Part shown: positions 1 to 8,285 of the stretch, one piece after another
Layout: the number at the start of each line of letters is the position of its first letter
Numbering within the stretch: the stretch's first letter is position 1
NCBI GenBank assembly: GCA_031422435.1
Contig: JANPLU010000041.1
Location: 1-17,776, forward strand
Direction of reading: 5' to 3'
Source: Acaryochloridaceae cyanobacterium VAR_48_metabat_390
Lineage (GTDB): Bacteria > Cyanobacteriota > Cyanobacteriia > Thermosynechococcales > Thermosynechococcaceae
DNA: 17,776 nucleotides
Notes under the pieces: generated by a model
Seen by the model: only the letters and a program-made list of their open reading frames with translations
Told to the model about the DNA's origin: nothing
Databases searched by the model: none
Translations under genes and position numbers: made by a program

Positions 1-7
1 TGGGGCT

Positions 8-133
8 TTAGTGAGAAAACAACCCCACCAAAAGCAGCGGTATTAAAAGCGCAGCCAGCGTTATGGCTAAAACTGTCGCAGGATCCGCATTGATTTCGTT
101 TTTGACACGCTTTACAGAATTGCGATCGCCCAT
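8..133 (-). CDS. Small (41 aa) predicted single-pass membrane protein immediately downstream of kaiC; not in the ORF track
   Basis: Manual translation from ATG at 133-131 to TAA at 10-8: MGDRNSVKRVKNEINADPATVLAITLAALLIPLLLVGLFSH*. Shine-Dalgarno GAGGTGA (143-137) lies just upstream. The start is 20 nt after the kaiC stop. The N-terminus is charged and residues 19-39 form an uncharged hydrophobic stretch. Confidence 0.7.
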   Translation of the reverse strand: MGDRNSVKRVKNEINADPATVLAITLAALLIPLLLVGLFSH

Positions 134-153
134 AACTCACCTCTCTTGACTCA

Positions 154-1728
154 CTACAGCAGTTTAAGGTCGTCATCGGTCAGCCCCTTCACATCCTTCA
201 CAATGCGCGATAGCTCCATTTTTTCGTCAATGGAAACCCGCGTGGGCGTACCGCTAATAATGCCTTCAAGGTTACGGAACGGATCTCTAATGTCTGGCCC
301 ATGTTCGCTAATGGTATATTCCCGTATGCCTTTATCGTGCCAGGAACCTCGCATCTTAAATACGTTGATGGCGCGAGACATCTCCCCACGAATCTCAACG
401 TACTGAAGCATCAAGATGGTGTCGGTAATAGTAGAAATATGGGATTCCGTAATAGAGTGCGAACCCAGGAAGTGATCCGTGGTGTTGGTAAAAAATCCGG
501 TAATCTCTTCCTGCTTGGCAAACCCCGTCACGCCAATCACAAACTGCCGGAATGCGTTATTGCTGACCCCTCGCGCTAAGGCCGACAGGGAATCAATCGA
601 AATGCGAGAGGGCTTAAATTGGGCAATTTCTGACTTAATCATTTGGAGATGATCTTCTAGACCCGCTGATTCTGGGTAGGCACACAGAATTTTGAGCAGT
701 CCTTTGCTCTCCATTTCCTCAAAGTCAATGCCCCAAGACGATGCGTTACGCGAGAGCTGCGCGCGCGATTCTTCGTAGGCAAATAAAATAGCGCGATCGC
801 CCGTGGAGCAGGCATTTTCAATAAACTTGCTGACCAGCAGCGTCTTGCCCGTCCCCGTCGCCCCCGTCACCAAAATGATGGAATCCTTGAAGTAGCCGCC
901 ACCACACATCTCGTCTAGGGTTGTCACGCCCGAAGAGACGCGAACGTTAGAAGATCGCTGGGTTAGCCGCATAGCACCTAGCGGGAAAATATTGATGCCC
1001 TCCCCCGTAATGGTGAAGGGATACTCCCCCTTCATGTGGCTCGTCCCCCGCAGCTTCAGAATTTCTAGGGTACGGCGGCGACGCTCCCCGTCCAGCACGT
1101 TTCGCACAATCACGACGTTATCAGAGACAAATTCCTCAACCCCAAACCGAGCCACAGGGCCATACTCATCAATGCGTTCGGTGGTCATCACCGTCGTTAC
1201 GCCAATCAGCTTGAGGCGTGCCGTCATCCGAAAAATTTCGCGGCGCACCACGCCAGCGGCATCGTACTGCTGAAAAATGGCGGTCACAGAGTCGATCGCC
1301 ACGCGCTTTGCCTTGTATTTGCGAATTGCGTACTGAATTCGCTCAATCAGCGCCGATAAATCAAAATCCCCGGCGATGTCCTGCCCTTCGGGATCTGGTG
1401 AGGCATCTAAAATAAACAGCTTTCCGGCGTCAATGAGTTCCTGAAGATGCCAGCCAAAGCTCATCGCATTTTGAATGATGTCGGTCGGAGATTCCTCAAA
1501 AGTAACAAAAACGGCATGTTCGTCAAACTGAACAATGCCGTTGTACAAAAACTGAATGGCAAACAGAGTCTTCCCCGTGCCTGAAGTGCCGCTCACTAGT
1601 GTCGTTCTGCCCCTTGGCAACCCCCCATGACTAATATCATCGAACCCTTCGATGTTAGTTCGGATTTTCGGAACCTCTACGCGAAGAGATGCAGGTTCTT
1701 CTACATTGGCAGTGCTGATATTGGGCAT
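154..1728 (-). CDS. kaiC: Circadian clock protein KaiC (KaiC1-type double RecA-fold ATPase/autokinase)
   Basis: Two Walker A motifs (GTSGTGKT, GATGTGKT) and catalytic EE pairs (TFEE, AYEE). Phosphosite segment ESHISTITDT with S432/T433 at nt 435-430. A-loop and tail IISGTPTR...EKMELSRI. Follows kaiA-kaiB. Confidence 0.99.
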   Translation of the reverse strand: MPNISTANVEEPASLRVEVPKIRTNIEGFDDISHGGLPRGRTTLVSGTSGTGKTLFAIQFLYNGIVQFDEHAVFVTFEESPTDIIQNAMSFGWHLQELIDAGKLFILDASPDPEGQDIAGDFDLSALIERIQYAIRKYKAKRVAIDSVTAIFQQYDAAGVVRREIFRMTARLKLIGVTTVMTTERIDEYGPVARFGVEEFVSDNVVIVRNVLDGERRRRTLEILKLRGTSHMKGEYPFTITGEGINIFPLGAMRLTQRSSNVRVSSGVTTLDEMCGGGYFKDSIILVTGATGTGKTLLVSKFIENACSTGDRAILFAYEESRAQLSRNASSWGIDFEEMESKGLLKILCAYPESAGLEDHLQMIKSEIAQFKPSRISIDSLSALARGVSNNAFRQFVIGVTGFAKQEEITGFFTNTTDHFLGSHSITESHISTITDTILMLQYVEIRGEMSRAINVFKMRGSWHDKGIREYTISEHGPDIRDPFRNLEGIISGTPTRVSIDEKMELSRIVKDVKGLTDDDLKLL

Positions 1729-1783
1729 TTTAATTGGGTATCAAAAAGGCGAGCAAAATGAGTGAGGTTATTAAAATCCTATC

Positions 1784-2110
1784 CTAGGCTGAGTAACCCT
1801 CATCGTCATTCGCATCTGTCAATTCTTCATACAGTAAGTCAAGCCCAATCAAAACCTTTTCTCGATCTGAAAGATCGCCAATAATTCTTCTAACGGGTGG
1901 GGGCAAAACTCGTGAGAGCGTGGGCGTTGCTAAAATTTTATCTTCTTCTGCTAGCTGAGGATTTTTAAGAACGTCAATGACTTTTAGGGCATAAACCCCC
2001 TGAAAGTCTTTTTCAAGAATTGTATTTAGGGTTTTTAAGGCTCGAACCGAATTGGGAGTATTTCCCGCAACATAAAGCTTTAAAACATAGGTTTTTCGAC
2101 GAACACTCAT
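1784..2110 (-). CDS. kaiB: Circadian clock protein KaiB
   Basis: [20 protein letters not shown]...KILATPTL...[12 protein letters not shown] signature and acidic C-tail; lies between kaiA and kaiC. Confidence 0.99.
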   Translation of the reverse strand: MSVRRKTYVLKLYVAGNTPNSVRALKTLNTILEKDFQGVYALKVIDVLKNPQLAEEDKILATPTLSRVLPPPVRRIIGDLSDREKVLIGLDLLYEELTDANDDEGYSA

Positions 2111-2184
2111 AATAACTCTTCTTATGCTGAAGGATAAAAAAGCTAGGGCGTAGATCTAAGTCTGCAATGTTTTTGCTGGCAGAC

Positions 2185-3102
2185 CTATGGCTCCCGTGGG
2201 ATGGAGCGTCGATACATTTCGCAAAGGTGGGCGATCGCATCAATGAGCGTCAGGCGATAATCCAGTAAAACATCTTCACTCCGCCCCTCCAATTTGAGCT
2301 TCTTTGCTAAGCGATCCATCAGCTCCATGTGAATTTCGAGCACCTGAGAGACAGACATATCGGCAAAGAAAACTTTATGCACAAAAGCATCAATTTGCTG
2401 ATTGATGTCGCTATCCTGACGAAAATAACTCAAAATTATATCTCTATAATCTGATTTTAATTCGAGCAAAAAACTTTCTCTCTCCTCTTTTGGAAAACGC
2501 CTAAAAAATAGCTGCGAGTCTCGCTTATAGTAAACACCAATGTAGCCGAGTCGTTCGCGGAGTTTGTCAGATAGTCGCTGCTGCTGTACCGCCAATGTTT
2601 CCCCAAAGGCAGACAGCGTCGATAAATCTTCAGTTTCGAGCTGATGGGGTAAACGAGACTGGGGCGAAAGCTTCAAAAAATGGGCGATTGCGCTGTCAAC
2701 ATGCTGAATTAGCTGTGGAATTTCAGACTGAGAAATCTGAACCTCAGCCGTATGATAGCGGCTGCCATCAAAGATAGGCTCCAGCAACGCTTGCTCTATT
2801 GAAGACTTAGGTGCATCAAGCGTTGTCTCAGTTAAGATTATAAGCGGCAGCACAATGGCTTCTCGATGGAGACGACGAATAACCTTGTCTAGGTCTGGCT
2901 GCTGCTCCAGGATAAGGCAGTCAATCAGAAAGCGATCTTGAACAACCGTCTTAAAAAATAAGTCCGCGTCCGCGCCCTGCACGACCTTATAGTAGTGATC
3001 GCGCTCTAATGCTTGATTGATTGAACGAAGAAGCGTCTGGGACCTAATTAGCGTACAAATTAAGACCTGAGGACGCACAACCGAGCTAGAAGGAGGGGGC
3101 AT
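2185..3102 (-). CDS. kaiA: Circadian clock protein KaiA, full length (pseudo-receiver plus C-terminal domain); the true start may be GTG at 3078
   Basis: C-terminal KaiA motifs ERLGYIGVYYKRD and EGRSEDVLLDYRLTLIDAIAHLCEMYRRSIPRE. N-terminal DCLILE and YHTAE segments are typical of the pseudo-receiver domain. Confidence 0.98.
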   Translation of the reverse strand: MPPPSSSVVRPQVLICTLIRSQTLLRSINQALERDHYYKVVQGADADLFFKTVVQDRFLIDCLILEQQPDLDKVIRRLHREAIVLPLIILTETTLDAPKSSIEQALLEPIFDGSRYHTAEVQISQSEIPQLIQHVDSAIAHFLKLSPQSRLPHQLETEDLSTLSAFGETLAVQQQRLSDKLRERLGYIGVYYKRDSQLFFRRFPKEERESFLLELKSDYRDIILSYFRQDSDINQQIDAFVHKVFFADMSVSQVLEIHMELMDRLAKKLKLEGRSEDVLLDYRLTLIDAIAHLCEMYRRSIPREP

Positions 3103-3375
3103 AGCGCCTTAATTAAAAGCAGGATGTAAAGCTAACGTTATGAGCTTAACTTAGCGCATTTACCAAGCTATGCCTGTATTAAAGGTTAGGTTTAAGCTCC
3201 ATCATCATAGGCCGTAACCAAAGTTTTCAAAAGCCTTTAAGCAGTATAAAGTAGCTTAGAAATCTCAACGTGAAATGAGTTTCAGTAGAGGAGGGCATCC
3301 AACATGTCCTGATAATCATAGAGGACACTCAAGACATGCTTTGTATTTCTCGCCTTGTGCGCCTCCTTTAACGTT

Positions 3376-4116
3376 ATGGTTCTTTCCCCTGCCAAGCTTC
3401 GGATTCTGTACCTGCAAATTCGAGAAGATGACGTAACGCGCGTCGAAGAACTGCAAGAATTCGTATTTTATAGCAGCCTAGCCGAATCCCAGTTCACCAT
3501 ACTGAACGTTTTTGACACGCCTTATTTTGATGCAAAACGCGCCTCTGAATATGATGCAGTCTTTGTGGGTGGCTCCAGCGATGCCTCTGTCCTACAGCCA
3601 ATTCACTATCCCTTTGTCAGAGACGCAAAGACCCTACTAGCGTATTGTGTACAGGAGAGCATTCCGGTCTTTGCGTCGTGCTTCGGCTTTCAGTTGGCAG
3701 TAGAAGCGCTAGGAGGTCAAGTCATTGAAGATACTGCCCATATGGAAATGGGAGTGTATCCCATGCAGTTGTCCGCCGCAGCGAAGGATGATCTGCTCTT
3801 CTATGATGTCCCTAATGGCTTTTTTGCCGTTTCTGGACACAAAGAGCGTGCTTTAACTTTGCCAACTCAGGCAATATGCCTTGCCTCAACAGAACGATGT
3901 CCGTATCATGCCTTTAAGTTAGTGGGCAAGCCCTTTTATGGGTTTCAGTTTCATCCAGAGCTAAATCCTAAGGACTTGGCAACGCGCATTCGACGGTATC
4001 AAAGCCGATATCTCGACGATGATGACCACCTACAGCAGGTTTTAGCTTCACTTCAGGAGACTCCAGACGCAAATCAACTTATTGCAAAATTTGTAGATCG
4101 AATCCTATTAAACTGA
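3376..4116 (+). CDS. Standalone class I glutamine amidotransferase (GMP-synthase GATase-like)
   Basis: Catalytic Cys in ASCFGFQ (nt 3679-3681), His/Glu in QFHPE (3952-3960), and a VGGS oxyanion-strand motif. ATG at 3376 is preferred over the TTG at 3355. Confidence 0.9.
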   Translation: MVLSPAKLRILYLQIREDDVTRVEELQEFVFYSSLAESQFTILNVFDTPYFDAKRASEYDAVFVGGSSDASVLQPIHYPFVRDAKTLLAYCVQESIPVFASCFGFQLAVEALGGQVIEDTAHMEMGVYPMQLSAAAKDDLLFYDVPNGFFAVSGHKERALTLPTQAICLASTERCPYHAFKLVGKPFYGFQFHPELNPKDLATRIRRYQSRYLDDDDHLQQVLASLQETPDANQLIAKFVDRILLN

Positions 4117-4373
4117 TAATGACTAAGCTTTTATAGAAGTAGCGCTAAGCGACTTAATCCTTAAAAAATGCATTGTTTTCAACGCTTTATACATCGCTCA
4201 CCCTTGCGATCTTAAATAGGTCAGAGTTTGTCCTGTAAGATTTAACTTTGCGCAACTCAAGCTTTTTTAACCACTTAGGTAAAATTGCCTAATACATCGT
4301 TTAATACTCAATTTTTGGGTCTCAGATTGTTACTGCTGACTAGATTGGGATTTTTTTAATATAGGTACTTTAC

Positions 4374-6692
4374 ATGACCGTTTCGATTTCGCCCGATCAG
4401 GTTCAGCGCATTATTGCCAACCAGCATCATGACCCCTTTGAAATCTTGGGACCTCATGCGACTGAGGTAAATGGTGTTTCAAGTTGGGTGATTCGTGCCT
4501 ACATGCCAACGGCAGATGCCGTGACAGTGATCTGTCCAGATCAGCGCTCTGAACATCCAATGCAGTCATCTCATCATCCACACTTTTTTGAGTGTGCGCT
4601 AACCGGAGCTGAACTCCCCACGTATCAGTTTAAGGTAACCGAAGGGGGGCATGAGCGGGTCATGTATGACCCTTACGCCTTTAAGTCTCCGCTACTCACA
4701 GAATATGATCGCTACCTCTTTGCCGAAGGCAACCACCAGCGCATCTACGAAAAGCTGGGGGCGCACCCTACTACCCAAGACGGGGTAAACGGCGTTTATT
4801 TCGCGGTATGGGCACCCAATGCCCGCAATGTCTCTATTATTGGAGACTTTAACTACTGGGATGGCCGCAAGCACCAAATGCGCAAAGGCCCCACCGGAAT
4901 TTGGGAGTTTTTTGTTCCAGAGCTGGCAGTTGGCGAAAGCTACAAGTACGAAATCAAAAACGAAGAGGGGCACATCTACGAAAAGACTGACCCCTACGGC
5001 TTTTACCAAGAAGTGCGGCCTAAAACGGCATCGATCGTAGCTGATCTCAATGACTACACCTGGAACGATTCAGCTTGGCTCGAAAACCGTCGCCATACTG
5101 ACCCGCTGGCGCAGCCGGTCTCGATTTACGAGCTGCACATTGGCTCTTGGATGCATGGAAATTCTGACGATCCCCCTCAGCTTGCAAATGGGGAACCTGG
5201 AATTTCTATCAGCGTTGCGGAACTCAAGCCCCACGCCAGATTTCTAACCTATCGCGAATTAGCAGATCGCCTCATCCCTTACGTCAAAGACCTTGGCTTT
5301 ACCCATATTGAGCTACTCCCCGTTTCAGAACATCCCTTCGATGGCTCTTGGGGCTACCAGGTGACGGGTTATTACGCCTGCACGTCACGGTACGGCACAC
5401 CTCAAGACTTTATGTATTTTGTCGATCAGTGCCACTATCACGGCCTTGGGATCATTGTGGATTGGGTACCAGGGCATTTCCCCAAAGACGGTCACGGGCT
5501 GGCCTTTTTTGACGGCACCCACCTCTACGAACACGCCGACCCCCGTAAAGGTGAACACAAAGAATGGGGAACGCTGATTTTTAATTACGGGCGGCCTGAA
5601 GTCAAAAACTTTTTGGCAGCTAACGCCCTATTTTGGTTTGACAAGTACCACATCGACGGAATTCGCGTTGATGCGGTTGCGTCCATGCTGTACCTGAATT
5701 ACTGCCGTGATGATGGTGAATGGGTCGCCAATGACTACGGCGGCTGCGAAAATATTGAGGCGGCTGACTTTTTGCGTCATCTCAATAACGCACTCTTTAA
5801 CTACTTCCCAGGGGTTTTGTCGATCGCCGAAGAATCCACCTCCTGGCCGATGGTATCTTGGCCGACCTACGTGGGGGGCTTGGGCTTCAACCTCAAGTGG
5901 AACATGGGTTGGATGCACGACATGCTGGACTACTTCAACATGGATCCGTGGTTCCGGCAGTTCCATCAAAATAATCTCACCTTCAGCATCATGTATGCCT
6001 TTACAGAAAACTTCATGCTGGCGCTGTCCCATGATGAAGTGGTGCATGGCAAGAGCAATATGCTTAACAAAATGCCAGGGGATGAGTGGCAGCAGTTTGC
6101 GAATCTACGCTGCCTCTATGGCTTTATGTACACCCACCCTGGCAAAAAGACGCTCTTTATGGGGATGGAGTTTGGTCAGCGCGGCGAGTGGAACGTCTGG
6201 GGCGACCTCGAGTGGCATTTACTTCAGTACGAACACCATCACCAGCTTAAGCAGTTTGTGACGGAGCTAAATCACCTATATCGCCGAGAGCCTGCGCTCC
6301 ACACTCAAGATTTTGCCTACGACGGGTTTGAGTGGGTGGACTGTAACGACAATCGCCACAGCGTGATCTCCTTTTTACGTCGTGCTAAAAACTCGGATGA
6401 GTTTACGCTGACGGTGTGTAATTTTACGCCGCAGCCTCATAGCCATTACCGCGTCGGGGTTCCAGAGGCTGGGTTCTATATCGAGCTGCTCAACAGCGAT
6501 GCCCGTCAGTATGGGGGCAGCAACATGGGGAACTTGGGCGGTAAGTGGACGGAAGAATGGTCTTTCCACAATCGTGATTACTCCCTTGATTTGTGTTTAC
6601 CACCGCTTTCTACCCTCGTGTTTAAGCTCGATCGTCATAAGCAGACGCTTCAGGCATTGAGTGAAGCTGAAAGCAGCGGTACTGGAGCCTAG
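4374..6692 (+). CDS. glgB: 1,4-alpha-glucan branching enzyme (GH13)
   Basis: [10 protein letters not shown]-terminus, FAVWAPNA (CBM48 region), [11 protein letters not shown], and catalytic motifs [14 protein letters not shown] and [10 protein letters not shown]. Confidence 0.98.
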   Translation: MTVSISPDQVQRIIANQHHDPFEILGPHATEVNGVSSWVIRAYMPTADAVTVICPDQRSEHPMQSSHHPHFFECALTGAELPTYQFKVTEGGHERVMYDPYAFKSPLLTEYDRYLFAEGNHQRIYEKLGAHPTTQDGVNGVYFAVWAPNARNVSIIGDFNYWDGRKHQMRKGPTGIWEFFVPELAVGESYKYEIKNEEGHIYEKTDPYGFYQEVRPKTASIVADLNDYTWNDSAWLENRRHTDPLAQPVSIYELHIGSWMHGNSDDPPQLANGEPGISISVAELKPHARFLTYRELADRLIPYVKDLGFTHIELLPVSEHPFDGSWGYQVTGYYACTSRYGTPQDFMYFVDQCHYHGLGIIVDWVPGHFPKDGHGLAFFDGTHLYEHADPRKGEHKEWGTLIFNYGRPEVKNFLAANALFWFDKYHIDGIRVDAVASMLYLNYCRDDGEWVANDYGGCENIEAADFLRHLNNALFNYFPGVLSIAEESTSWPMVSWPTYVGGLGFNLKWNMGWMHDMLDYFNMDPWFRQFHQNNLTFSIMYAFTENFMLALSHDEVVHGKSNMLNKMPGDEWQQFANLRCLYGFMYTHPGKKTLFMGMEFGQRGEWNVWGDLEWHLLQYEHHHQLKQFVTELNHLYRREPALHTQDFAYDGFEWVDCNDNRHSVISFLRRAKNSDEFTLTVCNFTPQPHSHYRVGVPEAGFYIELLNSDARQYGGSNMGNLGGKWTEEWSFHNRDYSLDLCLPPLSTLVFKLDRHKQTLQALSEAESSGTGA

Positions 6693-6761
6693 GCAGCGCT
6701 ACGGCGCATACACAGGTCTTAAAGTTTCCTTTCCGTAAAGGTTTTTGCAAACCAATTCATC

Positions 6762-6852
6762 AATCCCCTCTTGGGAGGGGCAGGGGTGGGTTAATCATGG
6801 CGCTACTGACTAACCCACCCCGCCCTTCGGGCACCCCTCCGAGGAGGGGATT
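6762..6852. repeat. GC-rich composite palindromic element (REP/small dispersed repeat-like): two related units in inverted orientation
   Basis: Outer arms AATCCCCTC (6762-6770)/GAGGGGATT (6844-6852). Inner arms GGGGTGGGTTA (6783-6793)/TAACCCACCCC (6811-6821). Internal hairpins CCCCTC-ttgg-GAGGGG, GCCC-ttc-GGGC and CCCCTCC-ga-GGAGGGG. Confidence 0.8.
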
Positions 6853-6902
6853 TTTCTCAGACTTGTGTGTATACAGTAGCTAGGCAGAGAAGGCAACAAA
6901 CT

Positions 6903-7850
6903 ATGGCGTTTTATCGACCTGACGAAAATCTGAATACTCAAGCCCAGACCATTCTGGAACAGGTTTGGGCTGAGTTCCCGTGGCTGGCGCGCAACCAGCT
7001 TGCGTTTACGTGGCTCACCTACGATCCTCCGTTTCCGGTGAATACGGGGGGCGCTTTAACGCCAGATGAGTTTTGGGGCTACCCTGTGCGAGGCGTGAGC
7101 TATCGCGGGGTGGAACCCATTTACCCTGCCAGCGTGGTGAAGCTATTTTATCTGGTGGCCTGCCATGAGTGGCTTCAGAAAGGGATGATTCCACCGACGC
7201 CGGAGCTGAATCGGGCGCTGGCAGACATGATTGTAGACTCTAGCAATGACGCAACGGGCTATGTGGTGGATTTGCTCACGGGCACAACCAGTGGTCCAGA
7301 ACTGCCCCTTGGTCCCTTTGAAACCTGGAAAGCGCAGCGCAATATTGTGAATCGCTATTTTGAAGGGTTAGGCTGGCTTGAGCTAGAGAGCATTAACGTC
7401 AACCAAAAAACCTGGGGAGATGGCCCCTATGGTCGAGAAGATGCGTTTGTGGGTATCAAGCGCGAAAATCGCAACCGATTGACCACCGACGCAACGGCGC
7501 GACTGCTCCACGGCATTGTGGGGGGCGTGGCGGTTTCGGCGGGGCGATCGCAGTCTATGCTCAACCTCATGGAGCGCAACCTAGACCCTGAAGCTTTAGC
7601 GGAAGACCCTGAAAATCAGGTGACGGGCTTTATCGGGGGCGGTTTGCCCCTAGATGCAAAGGTTTGGTCAAAGGCAGGCTGGACGAGCAATACCCGTCAC
7701 GATGCGGCCTATATTGAACTGCCGAATAAACACCCTTATTTGCTGGTGGTCTTTACGGAAGGTCAACAGGCCAGCGCAACCGAGGCCATCATTCCGTTTC
7801 TGTCAGCGAAGATTGCAGAAGCAGTCCCAGATCTAAGCCTGATAGGCTAG
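6903..7850 (+). CDS. Serine hydrolase of class A beta-lactamase/penicillin-binding-protein fold
   Basis: SxxK (SVVK, nt 7131-7142), SxN (SSN, 7239-7247) and KxG (KAG, 7671-7679) occur in the expected order, followed by HDAAYI. ATG at 6903 is the likely start. Confidence 0.88.
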   Translation: MAFYRPDENLNTQAQTILEQVWAEFPWLARNQLAFTWLTYDPPFPVNTGGALTPDEFWGYPVRGVSYRGVEPIYPASVVKLFYLVACHEWLQKGMIPPTPELNRALADMIVDSSNDATGYVVDLLTGTTSGPELPLGPFETWKAQRNIVNRYFEGLGWLELESINVNQKTWGDGPYGREDAFVGIKRENRNRLTTDATARLLHGIVGGVAVSAGRSQSMLNLMERNLDPEALAEDPENQVTGFIGGGLPLDAKVWSKAGWTSNTRHDAAYIELPNKHPYLLVVFTEGQQASATEAIIPFLSAKIAEAVPDLSLIG

Positions 7851-7855
7851 GTCTT

Positions 7856-7887
7856 AAAAAAGAGGAGTCTTAAAACTCCTCTTTTTT
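7856..7887. terminator. Bidirectional intrinsic terminator between the convergent serine hydrolase gene and psaK
   Basis: Perfect 13-bp inverted repeat AAAAAAGAGGAGT-cttaaa-ACTCCTCTTTTTT, which gives a U-tract on both strands. Confidence 0.88.
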
Positions 7888-7923
7888 GGGGTAGTGAGAT
7901 CCTAATGAAGTCAATCTAACGAT

Positions 7924-8190
7924 CTAGAATGCGCCTGTAGACCGCAGCCCCAAGATCATACCAGCCCCTAAAATATGCCCAAAGCTGGTAGTTGCCAACA
8001 GCTCAGGAATACCAAACCCTTTTAGAACATCTGGCATATCCGTAGGAAGACCAGGGCCAACGCCTTTGTGCTGAATGGCATAGCGACCAATAAAGAAGGC
8101 GAACAGGTTAGTTAAAAGCATAATGATGCCAACCTGAATCGACCAGTTAGAGGGGGACGCTGCAACGGTCGCCAGTAAAGTGGTGTTCAT
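7924..8190 (-). CDS. psaK: Photosystem I reaction centre subunit PsaK
   Basis: 88 aa with two hydrophobic helices, GRYAIQ..G.GP.LP loop and PELLATTSFGHILGAGMILGL motif. GGAG RBS at 8204-8201. Confidence 0.96.
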   Translation of the reverse strand: MNTTLLATVAASPSNWSIQVGIIMLLTNLFAFFIGRYAIQHKGVGPGLPTDMPDVLKGFGIPELLATTSFGHILGAGMILGLRSTGAF

Positions 8191-8279
8191 AAAATCGTTT
8201 CTCCAGCTTAAATCACAAGAATTTTGGGATGGCCTTCCGCCAAAAACGGAACCCAGTACGATCGCGAAAGCATCTCAGG

Positions 8280-8285
8280 ATTATA
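8280..8285 (-). promoter_or_regulatory. Putative -10 element of psaK
   Basis: Perfect TATAAT on the minus strand about 90 nt upstream of the psaK ATG; no clear -35. Confidence 0.4.

Noticed and set aside
146..1415. Antisense and alternate-frame ORFs over kaiC (146..406, 198..398, 301..579, 992..1273, 1218..1415)
   Set aside because: They lie within or almost entirely within a highly conserved gene, have no RBS and no recognisable motifs. Typical shadow ORFs.
3131..3155. Imperfect inverted repeat GCTAAcGTTA/TAACTTAGC upstream of kaiA as an NtcA or other operator
   Set aside because: It does not match GTA-N8-TAC, and an AT-rich imperfect palindrome alone is too weak.
4692..6569. Overlapping ORFs within glgB, including the 184-aa 5707..6261 and 139-aa 5628..6047
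   Set aside because: Explained by the codon bias of glgB. Their composition is typical of off-frame translation and there is no independent evidence.
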